Positions 1 through 9,987 of a DNA stretch of 64,000 nucleotides are shown here, one piece after another (within the stretch, counting starts at the first letter, position 1; every line of letters starts with the position of its first letter). A program made the translations under genes and the position numbers. The notes below the pieces were generated by a model that saw nothing but the letters and a program-made list of their open reading frames with translations, did not search any database and was not told where the DNA came from. The DNA is taken from positions 1,980-65,979 of the IMG/VR virus record IMGVR_UViG_3300037089_000656. One strand, 5' to 3'. This stretch comes from a virus. Its lineage: Duplodnaviria; Caudoviricetes.

Positions 1-105
1 AAAGGCCTTACTGATATGTCATCGAGATATGATATAATACTTGGAAAAACATCTAAGAAGATTAAAAGATTAATTAATCCTCAAGTCCTTCTATCGAGGT
101 TTTAG
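1..105 (+). CDS. 3' end of a CDS entering from the left edge (hypothetical)
   Basis: Frame 1 is open from base 1 (KGLTDMSSRYDIILGKTSKKIKRLINPQVLLSRF) to TAG at 103-105. Confidence 0.45.
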   Translation, partial: KGLTDMSSRYDIILGKTSKKIKRLINPQVLLSRF

Positions 106-144
106 CGGCGTAACTGGAATAGGTTTTTAGAATGAAGGTATTTA

Positions 145-1131
145 ATGACTGAGTTTACTTTTGTTTCAACGAGCGATATACATATAAGTGATGTTAATCC
201 TCCAAGTCGTTTAGATAATTTTAAAGAAGCTATTTTCGATAAAATTTCTCAAATGCGGGTGGCATGTAAAAAGCTTAATGCTGATGCTGCGTTAATTGCT
301 GGTGACTTATACAATATTAAACAACCAATGAAAAATAGTCATGCTTTAAACCAGCAGCTGATTGCTGAATTTCGACAATTTCCTTGTCCTATTTATATGA
401 TTGAGGGAAATCACGATCTAACTGCAAATCGATTAGAGAGTCTTAAGGACCAACCCCTTGGTGTTCTTTTTGCAGATAAAACCTTACTTCAATTACGTCA
501 TGAGATCATAGAGAAAAACGGTAATAAGGTGTCTTTGGTAGGTGTTCCATTTATAGATGATCTTGATTTAGATACCCTCGTTATACCTGATAAAAATGAT
601 GCGAAGATACAGATCTGTTTAATGCATCTCTATGCTGGTATGAAGGCTGGGATGATGTATAAGGAACGGCTTTATGGCTATGATGAATTGGCAAAGTTCT
701 CACCGGATATATTCGTTTTAGGCCATTACCATGTGGATCAGGGGATTTACGATCTTAATGGGAAATATTTTATCAGCTTAGGTTCAATGTCTCGGGGAAC
801 GATGCATGAGGAAAATACTGAGCATCAACCTCAGCTTGGGTTTATTCGGATAACAGTTGATGACGAGGGTAATGTCGAGAAATCCTTACGCTCTATAAAG
901 CTTCGAGTTAAGCCTGCTATTGAAATTTTTGATATGGATAAAAAGGCTGAAGAGAAAAAAGAGAGTGAGGCCATTAAACTGTTTGTTGAAAAACTGGCCA
1001 CGGAAGCCGTTGCTATGAATGTGCAGAAGGGTGATGTTGTAGAAAATATTATCGAGCAGATGAATGTGGCTTCTGTTATTCAGGATAGAGTTTTACATTA
1101 TATCCAATTAGCAAGGTCTCAAAAGAAATGA
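145..1131 (+). CDS. sbcD: SbcD/Mre11-like metallophosphoesterase nuclease
   Basis: All phosphoesterase motifs are present (SDIH, AGDL, GNHD, MHL, LGHYH, then GSMSR). An SbcC-like ATPase half lies nearby. Confidence 0.85.
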   Translation: MTEFTFVSTSDIHISDVNPPSRLDNFKEAIFDKISQMRVACKKLNADAALIAGDLYNIKQPMKNSHALNQQLIAEFRQFPCPIYMIEGNHDLTANRLESLKDQPLGVLFADKTLLQLRHEIIEKNGNKVSLVGVPFIDDLDLDTLVIPDKNDAKIQICLMHLYAGMKAGMMYKERLYGYDELAKFSPDIFVLGHYHVDQGIYDLNGKYFISLGSMSRGTMHEENTEHQPQLGFIRITVDDEGNVEKSLRSIKLRVKPAIEIFDMDKKAEEKKESEAIKLFVEKLATEAVAMNVQKGDVVENIIEQMNVASVIQDRVLHYIQLARSQKK

Positions 1132-1415
1132 AGCAGTTTATCCATAAATCTGACTCTCGAATGAAAACGGTTGTCTGCGGTGGCCCTGCTTTTGAAGATA
1201 AAAAGGCTGATTTTGTGTGTGATAGCTCATCTATAAAACTTAAAAACATAAGATTGCTGACTATGTTGCGCCTTTTAAAAATTTTTTTAAGGTATGGAAA
1301 TGCTGAAATTTATTATCATATTTGTGGAAGTTATGGTGAATGGGATGTCCCAATGGATGCTGAGAACGTCGAAGTGAGACACACTCTTACAGGCCCACAT
1401 GTAACTATTTGGTGA
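1128..1415 (+). CDS. hypothetical protein
   Basis: ORF overlaps its neighbours in an operon-like run. Confidence 0.55.
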   Translation: MKQFIHKSDSRMKTVVCGGPAFEDKKADFVCDSSSIKLKNIRLLTMLRLLKIFLRYGNAEIYYHICGSYGEWDVPMDAENVEVRHTLTGPHVTIW

Positions 1416-1678
1416 AAGGATTTATAATGCCAGAAATCGAAAATATTAAACCTATGAGAAGAAAGTATTGGAGTGAACTTACTGATTCAGAACGTGTTTT
1501 GAAATTACAGGAGGAGCTTTCACGGACCCAGCATCAGGTAGCAGATCTCTGTAAGTATGTTGGTAAATTAATGGAGCATGCACATTACGAAGGTCGTATA
1601 GTTTCTAATATTCAAAGGCCTAATGAAGAATCTTATGGTGGAATTTATTTTCGTGTGGAAGATTTTAAGGATAAATAA
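1409..1678 (+). CDS. hypothetical coiled-coil protein (likely start ATG 1427)
   Basis: ORF; AAAGGA precedes ATG 1427. Confidence 0.6.
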   Translation: MVKGFIMPEIENIKPMRRKYWSELTDSERVLKLQEELSRTQHQVADLCKYVGKLMEHAHYEGRIVSNIQRPNEESYGGIYFRVEDFKDK

Positions 1679-1914
1679 TGAGTTGGTTATCAAGGATAGA
1701 TGTGAAAAAAGAATACCTAACTACCCGGAAGAAAATTAATAAAGAGACAGATAAGTTACTGTTCCCGTGGTATCAAAGGTTATGGCAGTTATTTAAAAAA
1801 AATAAGCCAGAGGACCCGTATAAAGGAAATCCTTTTAGATGTCCTAAGTGTGGGCACTGCCTTGCTTGGGCTTATGGCACTTGTGCTTATTGTCTTGATG
1901 GAGTGCCAAAATGA
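1678..1914 (+). CDS. small Zn-ribbon protein
   Basis: CPKCG and CAYC motifs; TAATG coupling to the upstream ORF. Confidence 0.6.
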   Translation: MSWLSRIDVKKEYLTTRKKINKETDKLLFPWYQRLWQLFKKNKPEDPYKGNPFRCPKCGHCLAWAYGTCAYCLDGVPK

Positions 1915-2741
1915 GAATTAGTTATCACGGATGGAAGGCTTATAAGGAATGTCCTAAGAAATTCTTTTTAGGCCATATTCAAAAGGCCCCTCCTACGGTC
2001 CCTGTGAATCAGTATTTTACTTTATACGGCAGGCTCGTTGAAAATTTTTTCACCTTATTCTCGAATATATGGAGATTCAAGACCCCTTATATTTTTCCTG
2101 AGGTAATTCGAGAAAGACTGCAGGTTCTATATAACGATATTCTTATGGCAAGCACAGTGAACTGGGCTGCTCCTTTTGTTAAGTATACCCAGAATGGTAT
2201 ATTCGAACAGGCTTTTGCTGATGTTTGTTTGATTATGGACTCAATGGAACAGAATAACTTTCTCAGTACCAAGGCCGAGGTCGGGATCGAGTTAAAGCTT
2301 AAGGATAACACAGAACTTACAGGACGTCTGGATTTTATACACACATTCCCCTTATCTAAAGAAGTTTTAATTTTTGATGGCAAGGGAACAGATGTTATAG
2401 GTAAGAATGTGTCTAATGATCAGCTTCTTTTTTATGCCTTACTTTATTTTTTTCAATATAAGAAACTTCCGAACAGTCTGGGTTTCTTCTATTACAGGTT
2501 TAATACCTTAATCCCTGTGCCTATTAATGAGTTCTTATTAAATGATTTTAGGGCACGTATTTCTCTTGATATAAAAACAATGACTTCTGATCAAAAATTT
2601 ACAGCTACTCCATGCTCTAAATCCTGTAAGTATTGTGATTATGCACGGGATTGTCTGGAAGGGCTACAGTCAAAGGGAACTCGGTCCAGGAAATCTAAAC
2701 TTAAGTTCGAAGGTGAAGGCTTTGTAGAATTCGGATTTTAA
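1911..2741 (+). CDS. PD-(D/E)XK nuclease, RecB/Cas4-like with Fe-S-type cysteines
   Basis: N-terminal ISY...ECP, GRLDF...IFDGKGT, QLLFYAL, and C-terminal CSKSCKYCDY...C. Confidence 0.8.
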   Translation: MRISYHGWKAYKECPKKFFLGHIQKAPPTVPVNQYFTLYGRLVENFFTLFSNIWRFKTPYIFPEVIRERLQVLYNDILMASTVNWAAPFVKYTQNGIFEQAFADVCLIMDSMEQNNFLSTKAEVGIELKLKDNTELTGRLDFIHTFPLSKEVLIFDGKGTDVIGKNVSNDQLLFYALLYFFQYKKLPNSLGFFYYRFNTLIPVPINEFLLNDFRARISLDIKTMTSDQKFTATPCSKSCKYCDYARDCLEGLQSKGTRSRKSKLKFEGEGFVEFGF

Positions 2742-2813
2742 TTGTGTGAAAAATAAAATAATATGGTATTAAATCACATAAAATCAATATTATAAGAAAA
2801 GATTGGGGAGTAT

Positions 2814-3077
2814 ATGGATGAAACAGTTGAGAGAGTGATGAAGATTAAGGAAAAGGTTGCAGATCTTTCCAATAAAAAGATACGAATTGAGGAAAGGTTT
2901 AAAAGCGAAAAAGCTAATCTCGAGAAGCTTATTGAAAAAATTACATCAAGTGGCTATGACCCGAAAAAGCTGACCGAGATTAAAAAGGAGAAACAGGATC
3001 TTCTTAAGAAAGCCTTGGAAGAAGTTGAAGAAAAGACTAAAGCTGTTGAACAAAAACTTAGCTTGATAGAGGTTTAA
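2814..3077 (+). CDS. coiled-coil protein
   Basis: GGGGAG SD; K/E-rich heptad pattern. Confidence 0.7.
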   Translation: MDETVERVMKIKEKVADLSNKKIRIEERFKSEKANLEKLIEKITSSGYDPKKLTEIKKEKQDLLKKALEEVEEKTKAVEQKLSLIEV

Positions 3078-3079
3078 AT

Positions 3080-4234
3080 ATGATTGAATTTATTGCTACT
3101 ACCGTAAATTTGAAAAAAGCTCTCTCGATCGTGGCCTTGGCCACAGGGGATAATGTTGAAGATATCCATGGGCATGCTTTATTCAGCTCCGATGAAAATG
3201 GGGTTACTTTGTATGCTACAGATGAAGACAAACTTGCCACGGCTTATCTTCCTGTTGAAGGATTAGATTCTGGTGTGAAAACGAGATTTACTCTGGAACC
3301 TAAGAAACTGCAGGCTTTAATAAACACATCTAAGTCTGATTCGGTTAAGTTTTCTTATGAGGATGAAACTAAGACTCTTAATGTTTATGCCTCAGAAGAT
3401 TCCGATGCTTTTGTATCTTTCCCTTCTTTTGATCCAGATAGTTTCTTAACTTTTCATGAAGACTTGTTCTCGGCGAAAGAGGTTAAGACTGTAGAGGCCA
3501 ATGTTATTACAACCTCTCTTAAGTTTATTCAAGGATTTTTGAGTGATGATAAAAATAAGAAATACTCGAATGTTTATATTGTCGATGGGAAGATTTATGG
3601 GGCAAACGGGTCATCAAAAGTAGGTGTTTTTATTAGCCCTTGTTTCGAGGGAGTGAATCTTGTTTTACGGCGTATTATGCTTTCATCTATAAATTCTTTT
3701 ATCGAGAAAGCCGGTATCCCGGAGATTACAATAAAAGAGACGGATAAGATTGTTATTGTTTCTGGTATTAAGGGGTTGGATAATTTTGCTTTTAGAAAAT
3801 CCGTTATTGAAGTTCCTAAGCTCCCTATTTCTACAAGTGTCCCTCAGTCGGCTGGTTTTGTGATCGAACGGGGAACCTTTCTTAAGAAGCTTAACCGCCT
3901 TTTTCTAACTCACAATCAACGTAATGCTGAGTTTGGTTTAAAGGTCAATATCAAAGGTAAGGATATTGTTATTGAGACTATTGCGGATAGGAAGTCTGTC
4001 GAAAAGATATCTTGCGAAAGGGTTGCAGGAGAGGATCCTTTAGATTTTACTATTGATTGTATAAAGTTAAGGGAAGTTCTGGGACTTTTCCAGGCGGATA
4101 AGGTTGATTTTTATATCGAAAAAGGTAAATGCTCGATATACAGTGATGCTGAAGTGGTGATTAGAGAAGAAAACCCACCAGTGACCAGTCCCTTCGTTTC
4201 AATAGGCTTAGTGACTTTAGCAAAGGTTGTGTAA
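3080..4234 (+). CDS. dnaN: DNA polymerase III beta sliding clamp-like protein
   Basis: 384 aa; clamp-like N-terminus (LKKALSIV...VTLYATD) and three-domain length. DnaX is in the same module. Confidence 0.65.
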   Translation: MIEFIATTVNLKKALSIVALATGDNVEDIHGHALFSSDENGVTLYATDEDKLATAYLPVEGLDSGVKTRFTLEPKKLQALINTSKSDSVKFSYEDETKTLNVYASEDSDAFVSFPSFDPDSFLTFHEDLFSAKEVKTVEANVITTSLKFIQGFLSDDKNKKYSNVYIVDGKIYGANGSSKVGVFISPCFEGVNLVLRRIMLSSINSFIEKAGIPEITIKETDKIVIVSGIKGLDNFAFRKSVIEVPKLPISTSVPQSAGFVIERGTFLKKLNRLFLTHNQRNAEFGLKVNIKGKDIVIETIADRKSVEKISCERVAGEDPLDFTIDCIKLREVLGLFQADKVDFYIEKGKCSIYSDAEVVIREENPPVTSPFVSIGLVTLAKVV

Positions 4235-4843
4235 GTGCTCTCTGTTATAGAACTGCAGCGTAAGACTGATCAAATTGAAGGGTTTTATCGAGCCCTTCAA
4301 AATCAGGAATCATCTCTTAAGGATCAGATCAGCTCAATTAAAGAAGAGATCGATATACTGACTAAGACCAGTACGGTTTTAAAGCATTTACTTGATGTGA
4401 TGATTAAGGATGAAATCATTCCTATGGCCAGTCTTATTACTTACGGTCTAAAGACTATATTTCATGATCAGAATCTTAGTTTTATTCCTAAGATGATGAA
4501 GAAGAACGAAAAAATGCATATTGAGCTTAAGACCGAGGTTGATGGGAAGGAAAGAGACTTCGAATCTTTCGGTGGAAGTGTGGCCGTTATAGAGAGCTTT
4601 TTGTTGAGAATTTTATGCATGCTCAAGAAAAACTATGCTAAGGTCTTATTTTTAGATGAGACCTTTGCGGCCGTGGGGGCTATTTATATCGCTAATACCT
4701 GCAAATTTATAAATGAGCTTTGTAAAAAACTTAAAATGGATGTACTTTTAGTTACCTGGCAGAATGAGTTCGAGAGTGGCGCCGACCATGTGTACAAGGT
4801 AAAAAAGACTTCCAATGGAATAACAGTGGAGAAAACCAGATGA
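4235..4843 (+). CDS. SbcC/Rad50-like ABC ATPase, C-terminal half only
   Basis: Coiled coil, then signature-like ESFGGS and Walker B/D-loop LFLDETFAAV. No Walker A. Confidence 0.75.
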   Translation: MLSVIELQRKTDQIEGFYRALQNQESSLKDQISSIKEEIDILTKTSTVLKHLLDVMIKDEIIPMASLITYGLKTIFHDQNLSFIPKMMKKNEKMHIELKTEVDGKERDFESFGGSVAVIESFLLRILCMLKKNYAKVLFLDETFAAVGAIYIANTCKFINELCKKLKMDVLLVTWQNEFESGADHVYKVKKTSNGITVEKTR

Positions 4844-5430
4844 GCGACCAAGCAACATTTTTACAGATTGATCTTCAAACACTTTTTTACGAGGCCCGTA
4901 ATCTTGGGCAAAAAATAGACTTTGAGAAAATATGGAATTACTTTCATACCCGGGAAACTGAGAATTTGATAGGAGCTAATATTTATTTGGTTCGAAGTGA
5001 AGAGCTCGATAGTCAGAAATTTGAAGCTAAGTTACAATCCATAGGGTATAAAATTTGTGCTAAGACGGCCGTATTGAAGGAAGGTGTTCCTGTTTATCGA
5101 GGTGTTCGTCACGATATAAATATTACTATAGATTGTTTCGATAAAATGGATCTTTTTAATAAATGGATCCTGATGTCGACCAATGATAGTTTTGCCGATC
5201 TTTGTAAGTATCTTCGTTTTAAGAATAAAAAGATCGAGATTTGGAATTTTAGAAACAGCTACAGTTCCAAGTTTGAAGCTTATGCGGATAAGATGAGTGT
5301 TATCGGGGATGATTTCTTTTATAAGAAACCTAAAGTTACTGTGTTCGGATTTAATAGTGATCCAAGCTCGAGGTTTAATAGTGACTCGAGTTCGGCCTTA
5401 TCTGATTCTTTTAAGAACGGACCAGAATAA
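4840..5430 (+). CDS. NYN/LabA-DUF88 PIN-like domain protein (degenerate)
   Basis: IDLQTL, DINITIDC, LMSTNDSFADL...KKIEIW match the NYN layout with altered acidic residues. Confidence 0.6.
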   Translation: MSDQATFLQIDLQTLFYEARNLGQKIDFEKIWNYFHTRETENLIGANIYLVRSEELDSQKFEAKLQSIGYKICAKTAVLKEGVPVYRGVRHDINITIDCFDKMDLFNKWILMSTNDSFADLCKYLRFKNKKIEIWNFRNSYSSKFEAYADKMSVIGDDFFYKKPKVTVFGFNSDPSSRFNSDSSSALSDSFKNGPE

Positions 5431-5897
5431 TGAAAAATACTCGTGCTGTTTTTTTAAAGCTGCGAGAGGTGAAATACTACCATCTTACACAACTTTATAA
5501 GAGGTATCTTAAAAGGATGCCTGAGAATTGTAAGTACAATTGCCCATACAGGTTTTCTTCAAATGGGGGAGCTGATACAGAAATTCGTCTGTGCTTGTTA
5601 CATCAACCTCATCTTGATTTAAAGATGGGTGTGTTTCCTCATTTGGTGGACCTTTGCCAGGAGACCTCGCATTGTATTAATTGCAATGCTTTTATTTTGA
5701 GACATACAAAAGAATCGGTTAAGAATATTTTTGAATTGGAATTGAAAAATCAGGCTATTAAACAGAAAAAGTATCCAGATATTTGTGCCTTAGAATGGGT
5801 TATGGAGCAGTCGGTGGTAGGCTTAAAGCCTTTCTCTTTTCTTGTAAAAATTTATTATAAAATAAAATCAATAATAGCACAAAATAGAATTCTTTAA
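5430..5897 (+). CDS. Cys-rich hypothetical protein
   Basis: ORF with several Cys, coupled to the upstream gene. Confidence 0.6.
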   Translation: MKNTRAVFLKLREVKYYHLTQLYKRYLKRMPENCKYNCPYRFSSNGGADTEIRLCLLHQPHLDLKMGVFPHLVDLCQETSHCINCNAFILRHTKESVKNIFELELKNQAIKQKKYPDICALEWVMEQSVVGLKPFSFLVKIYYKIKSIIAQNRIL

Positions 5898-5912
5898 AAA
5901 GGAATCGCCCTC

Positions 5913-6194
5913 ATGAGTAATATAAGAAAGATAGATTTGTGCGATCGTATAGCAAAAAGGCTTGAAGATAAATCTACGGAAGAGGTCAAGCTAGTTGTAG
6001 ATACATTATTTGAGGAAATTTTAAGAATTCTTTCTGAAGACTTACGTATAGAAATTCGTGGTTTCGGAACTTTTAAGGTAAAACGCCGTAAAGCAAGGAT
6101 AGGCCGAAATCCCAGAACTGGTGAAACCGTTTCTATCCCTGCCCACAAAGCCCCTATTTTTAAATTTTTCAAAGATGCACAAGATATTTTTTAA
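5913..6194 (+). CDS. hup: HU/IHF family DNA-binding protein
   Basis: IEIRGFGTF...RKARIGRNPRTGE...PIFK signature. Confidence 0.92.
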   Translation: MSNIRKIDLCDRIAKRLEDKSTEEVKLVVDTLFEEILRILSEDLRIEIRGFGTFKVKRRKARIGRNPRTGETVSIPAHKAPIFKFFKDAQDIF

Positions 6195-6308
6195 GTAATA
6201 TACCCACTTTTGCCAGTGTTTTAATAATACTCTCTTAATATGATTACCAGAAAGGAATAGGAAAACCATTTCCTGGCTTATTTTTACCTTTCGAAAGAGA
6301 GCTATTTT

Positions 6309-6839
6309 ATGCAAATTACTGTTGAGACGTGTAGTTCTATATGCATCAACACTCTTCAATCCACTATTAAACGAATCATTAAACAGGACTATCCTGATTC
6401 GAATCAGGAAGAAACCTATAAGCACATGCAGGATGAACTGAAGAAGTTTAATGTTGATGGCCAGACGTTTGAGTATATCGCTTTAAAGAATTATTTGGGT
6501 GGGCATAGGTGGTTTTTCCTTTGTCCTAAGTGCCAGCAGAAAGCCAATAAATTATTTTTACCTCCATTAGGGTGTAAAAAAGAACATGTTTATGCTTGTA
6601 AGGCCTGCCATCGATTAAAAAACCAATCTGCAATTATGGGTCAGAATAGTATGTATAAGTTAGTGACCCGGCCTTTGAAGAGGATGAAGGAGATAGAAGA
6701 TAGGTTGGCCCATGGTCATATGAAGAGTGAGTTAGTTCAGCAGCTCCTGGATGAGTATGAGAAATTGGAGAAGCAGTTGAAGGATTCTCCCGAGTTTCGA
6801 CTTTTTTCATTTAAGAAAAAACACAACCTTTTAGTTTGA
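6309..6839 (+). CDS. Zn-ribbon hypothetical protein
   Basis: GGHRWFFLCPKC...ACKACH. Confidence 0.65.
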   Translation: MQITVETCSSICINTLQSTIKRIIKQDYPDSNQEETYKHMQDELKKFNVDGQTFEYIALKNYLGGHRWFFLCPKCQQKANKLFLPPLGCKKEHVYACKACHRLKNQSAIMGQNSMYKLVTRPLKRMKEIEDRLAHGHMKSELVQQLLDEYEKLEKQLKDSPEFRLFSFKKKHNLLV

Positions 6840-6848
6840 GGGGACAAA

Positions 6849-7310
6849 ATGGTCAGTATTATTTCTCCTAATAAAGATTTTCCGCCTTTTAGGAAAAGCC
6901 TTTTCCTTGCAGGTACAATAACTGGATCCAAATTTGATTGGCAAGGCCAGGTCACCGAGGCTCTTAAAGATTTTGATGTGGTTATATTTAACCCACGGCG
7001 AGATAAGAATCCTGAAGATATTGAGGATATTCGAGAGCAGATTGCTTGGGAATTTGAAATGCTTAGAAATGCAGATGTGATTTCTTTTTGGTTTGGTAAT
7101 GAGACTATAGCTCCCATAACTTTATTTGAACTTGGGAGCTGGTCCATGACTCAAAAGCCCCTTGTTGTGGGAGTAGATCCTGAATATCCAAGGAAATTCG
7201 ACGTTGAGGTTCAGCTTAAACTTGTTCGGCCGGAAGTTAAAATTGTTTATTCTTTAGATGCTTTGTCTAATGAAATTTCGGAGACTTTGAACTTCCTTTT
7301 TCAGATGTAA
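6849..7310 (+). CDS. nucleoside 2-deoxyribosyltransferase-like protein
   Basis: LFLAGTI...DWQ...IFNPRR...QIAWEF...ITLFELG family pattern. Confidence 0.8.
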   Translation: MVSIISPNKDFPPFRKSLFLAGTITGSKFDWQGQVTEALKDFDVVIFNPRRDKNPEDIEDIREQIAWEFEMLRNADVISFWFGNETIAPITLFELGSWSMTQKPLVVGVDPEYPRKFDVEVQLKLVRPEVKIVYSLDALSNEISETLNFLFQM

Positions 7311-7336
7311 TTATCTTTAAATATTTGTTTTTAGCT

Positions 7337-7657
7337 ATGCAAAAGGTAGCAATTCGTCTTCGATTAAAGCCCCCTGTACGTCGATCTCCTAGTCAGCGTC
7401 TTAGAGGACGCCTTTATTATAGGCGTAATAGGGCGAAGATTAGAATGCAGAGGAGACGTTACTTAAGAAGCCATAGGAGTATTATTAAGCATCGTAAGAT
7501 GTTTATGCGATACAAGCCTAGCTGGTTTAAAAAGCCTAAAAAGCTTCACCATCAAAAACCTAAAAAATTCAAATTGAAGGTTCCTAAGATGGTAAAGCCT
7601 TTAAAGCCGAAAACATTCAAGCCTCCAAAGCCTTTGTTTCACACAAAAAAATTCTAA
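7337..7657 (+). CDS. very basic Arg/Lys/Pro-rich protein (putative DNA-condensing/core protein)
   Basis: YYRRNRAKIRMQRRRY; no acidic residues; flanked by its own promoter-like motif and terminator. Confidence 0.6.
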   Translation: MQKVAIRLRLKPPVRRSPSQRLRGRLYYRRNRAKIRMQRRRYLRSHRSIIKHRKMFMRYKPSWFKKPKKLHHQKPKKFKLKVPKMVKPLKPKTFKPPKPLFHTKKF

Positions 7658-7679
7658 GCCACATAGGGTGGCTTTTTTT
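7656..7679 (+). terminator. Rho-independent terminator
   Basis: AAGCCAC-ATAGG-GTGGCTT followed by a T run. Confidence 0.8.
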
Positions 7680-7768
7680 ATTTAAATAAAACTCTTTTGA
7701 AAGATCCGAAAAACTTGTATAATAGACTATACGGAACGACTAAGTGTAATTTTTAGAAAAAGAGTACC

Positions 7769-8158
7769 ATGGACTTACAAATTGTTGACATTAACAAGGA
7801 TTGGGTTAAATGTGACACTTGTGGAGCTAATATTGTAGATCTTGCTAATTTTGTTTATTCAGGTAAAAGCGACTCCACCGCGAATGATAGGAAAGAATAT
7901 TGTATGTGTAGAAAGTGCTCTACACCATTTATTCTTCATTATGACATGTTTGATCCTCAAGGTCATATTTACCCAAGTATTTTTATCGAGGATATTAATA
8001 ATCCTTCTTGTAATTGGCCCGATAATCTAACAGAAGAACAGAAAGAGGTCGTATCGGCACATTTAGAAAATTGTCAGATCTGTATGGATAGATTAACCCA
8101 AGAGCTCCTTACTGATGCCTGGCTTAAGGATTTTATTGCCAGCAGGAAGGGAAAGTAA
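7769..8158 (+). CDS. Zn-finger hypothetical protein
   Basis: CDTC, CRKC and HLENCQIC motifs; TGTATAAT extended -10 near 7716. Confidence 0.65.
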   Translation: MDLQIVDINKDWVKCDTCGANIVDLANFVYSGKSDSTANDRKEYCMCRKCSTPFILHYDMFDPQGHIYPSIFIEDINNPSCNWPDNLTEEQKEVVSAHLENCQICMDRLTQELLTDAWLKDFIASRKGK

Positions 8159-8346
8159 TGCCTCGATTATTGAAAGAAGAAAGAGAACTTAATGCTAAGA
8201 AGATACTTTGTTTGAATTATAAACAGGAGATTCTTCGACTTATCGAGGTTGCTAAAAGTGATTGTTCCCAACACAATTGGGAGAAATTAGATTTAGTATT
8301 AGATCTAATTCATGAAAAAGTCTCTAATAGTGTAATGGTCGTATAA
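8158..8346 (+). CDS. hypothetical protein
   Basis: Small coupled ORF. Confidence 0.5.
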   Translation: MPRLLKEERELNAKKILCLNYKQEILRLIEVAKSDCSQHNWEKLDLVLDLIHEKVSNSVMVV

Positions 8347-8760
8347 ATGCATATTGAATTATTTGATTATATTTCTGGAAATTCCCTGGGAGTAACTCAG
8401 GGAGTTGATTTTAAAGATGTCATTCAAAATCAACATTGTGTTAAACCGATCGTTTTGAAATTTGTTCGGGATGTAGAAACCCCTATATTTGATTTTATTC
8501 TGTTTCTTGAAAATAAAGGACAGAATAAGGAATCAAACTTTTTTTATTATATCGATCCTCTTTTTAGACCTTCGCTTGAGTCTGGAAGTAATCTCTTTCA
8601 GACCTTTATTGAAGTCCCTAATGCTATTCAAACCTCTTATCCGGGTGGAGTCCACATTGGTACGGATGGAGATACCTCGTATTATGTTTGGCTTGATGTT
8701 CAATCCCTAAACCAAATAGGGGTAAACATTCCTAATTTTAGGCTGTTCTTCGATTTTTAA
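8347..8760 (+). CDS. hypothetical protein
   Basis: ORF abuts the upstream gene. Confidence 0.6.
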   Translation: MHIELFDYISGNSLGVTQGVDFKDVIQNQHCVKPIVLKFVRDVETPIFDFILFLENKGQNKESNFFYYIDPLFRPSLESGSNLFQTFIEVPNAIQTSYPGGVHIGTDGDTSYYVWLDVQSLNQIGVNIPNFRLFFDF

Positions 8761-8801
8761 AAAACCCCTTTATTTTTTTGCCTGATTAATCTATTATAGT
8801 C

Positions 8802-9743
8802 ATGACCTATTATGAAATTTTAGGTGTGCCTTTAGGTGCATCTAAGAAAGATATTCAAAGGGCATTTCGTCTTTTAGCCGTCAAATACCATCCGGATAAG
8901 AACAAGGACCCAGGTGCGGTTCAAAGATTCGCTGAAATAAAGAAGGCTTACGAACATCTTAAAAATGAGACAAAAAGAAAAGTTGAGGAGAATTCTGCCC
9001 CTGTAGGAGAGCCCCTTTATAAATCTGATTTAAGGGTCTCAATAAAGGTCAAGATCCAGGATTTGGTCTCTTGTATTAAAAAGAATTTGAAAATAAAGAG
9101 AAAAAATTCATGCTCGGTTTGTGCAGGAACTGGCTCCGCTTCTAAGAAATTCACGAAATGTGTGTATTGCGATGGTACCGGCCTTGAGGGGTATTCTTTA
9201 GTTCTTGGTAAGAAAAAGGCTTGTGGGTATTGTAAAGGGTCAAAAACTACCCCTGTTGGTGACTTATGTTTAAAGTGTAAGGGATCAGGATTGGCGGTAG
9301 AAGCCTTTATGTATCAGCTGGCTTTGAACCCTTATTCAGAAAGTTATAATATTCCTGGATTAGGAAATTTTGATGTAGGTGTTAAAAAGGCTGGAAATTT
9401 AATTATCGATGTAGAAGTTGAGCAGGATGTAAGATTTAAAGTTAAAGGCTTGAATGTTTATAGTATTATAGAAATAAGTCCTGCATTGGCCGTCTTGGGT
9501 GGGGATCATCCCGTAGATGTTTTTGGGAAAAAAGTTATAGTGAAAGTTCCTCCTGGGACTAGTCATGGTCAGGTAGTGGAAATAAGTGATGGTGGTATAA
9601 GATATGAGCATTGTGTGGGATTTTTTAAAGCAACATTGAATATTAAGATCCCAGCGATTCTTACTGAGAAAGAATCAGAACTCTATAAAAATCTTTTAGA
9701 TCTTGAAAGGAATTTCTCATGGCCGACAATACTGAGCTTCTAA
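8802..9743 (+). CDS. dnaJ: DnaJ chaperone (J-domain, Zn-finger repeats, C-terminal domain)
   Basis: YYEILGV...KYHPDKN; four CxxCxGxG-like repeats; C-terminal KVPPGT. Confidence 0.92.
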   Translation: MTYYEILGVPLGASKKDIQRAFRLLAVKYHPDKNKDPGAVQRFAEIKKAYEHLKNETKRKVEENSAPVGEPLYKSDLRVSIKVKIQDLVSCIKKNLKIKRKNSCSVCAGTGSASKKFTKCVYCDGTGLEGYSLVLGKKKACGYCKGSKTTPVGDLCLKCKGSGLAVEAFMYQLALNPYSESYNIPGLGNFDVGVKKAGNLIIDVEVEQDVRFKVKGLNVYSIIEISPALAVLGGDHPVDVFGKKVIVKVPPGTSHGQVVEISDGGIRYEHCVGFFKATLNIKIPAILTEKESELYKNLLDLERNFSWPTILSF

Positions 9744-9970
9744 CTTTAAAAGTTAATCAGCAGACCCAGATCCTTGAGCAGTATCGGATGGATATCTACA
9801 ATATGGAACTACGCTTTTCCTTACTTGTTAAGATGGTTGAAGAAAAGGGGATTTTTGCTGGGGGAGAGTTTGAAAAAAGATGGCCTTTATTCCTGAAAAA
9901 TGATATTGGAGCTATGGGCCCAGGGGGAATTATGGAAGGTTCTTTGAAAACTCACTTCTACAACGTATAG
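9719..9970 (+). CDS. hypothetical protein
   Basis: AAAGGA SD; ORF. Confidence 0.6.
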   Translation: MADNTELLTLKVNQQTQILEQYRMDIYNMELRFSLLVKMVEEKGIFAGGEFEKRWPLFLKNDIGAMGPGGIMEGSLKTHFYNV

Positions 9971-9987
9971 ATAAAAAGGAGCATTTA

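Noticed and set aside
61-75. Minus-strand near-match to the late-promoter motif
   Set aside because: It lies inside a probable CDS in AT-rich sequence and is plausibly chance.
1911-2741. Cas4 as evidence of a CRISPR-Cas locus
   Set aside because: No other cas genes or array; solo Cas4/RecB-like nucleases are common in phage recombination modules.
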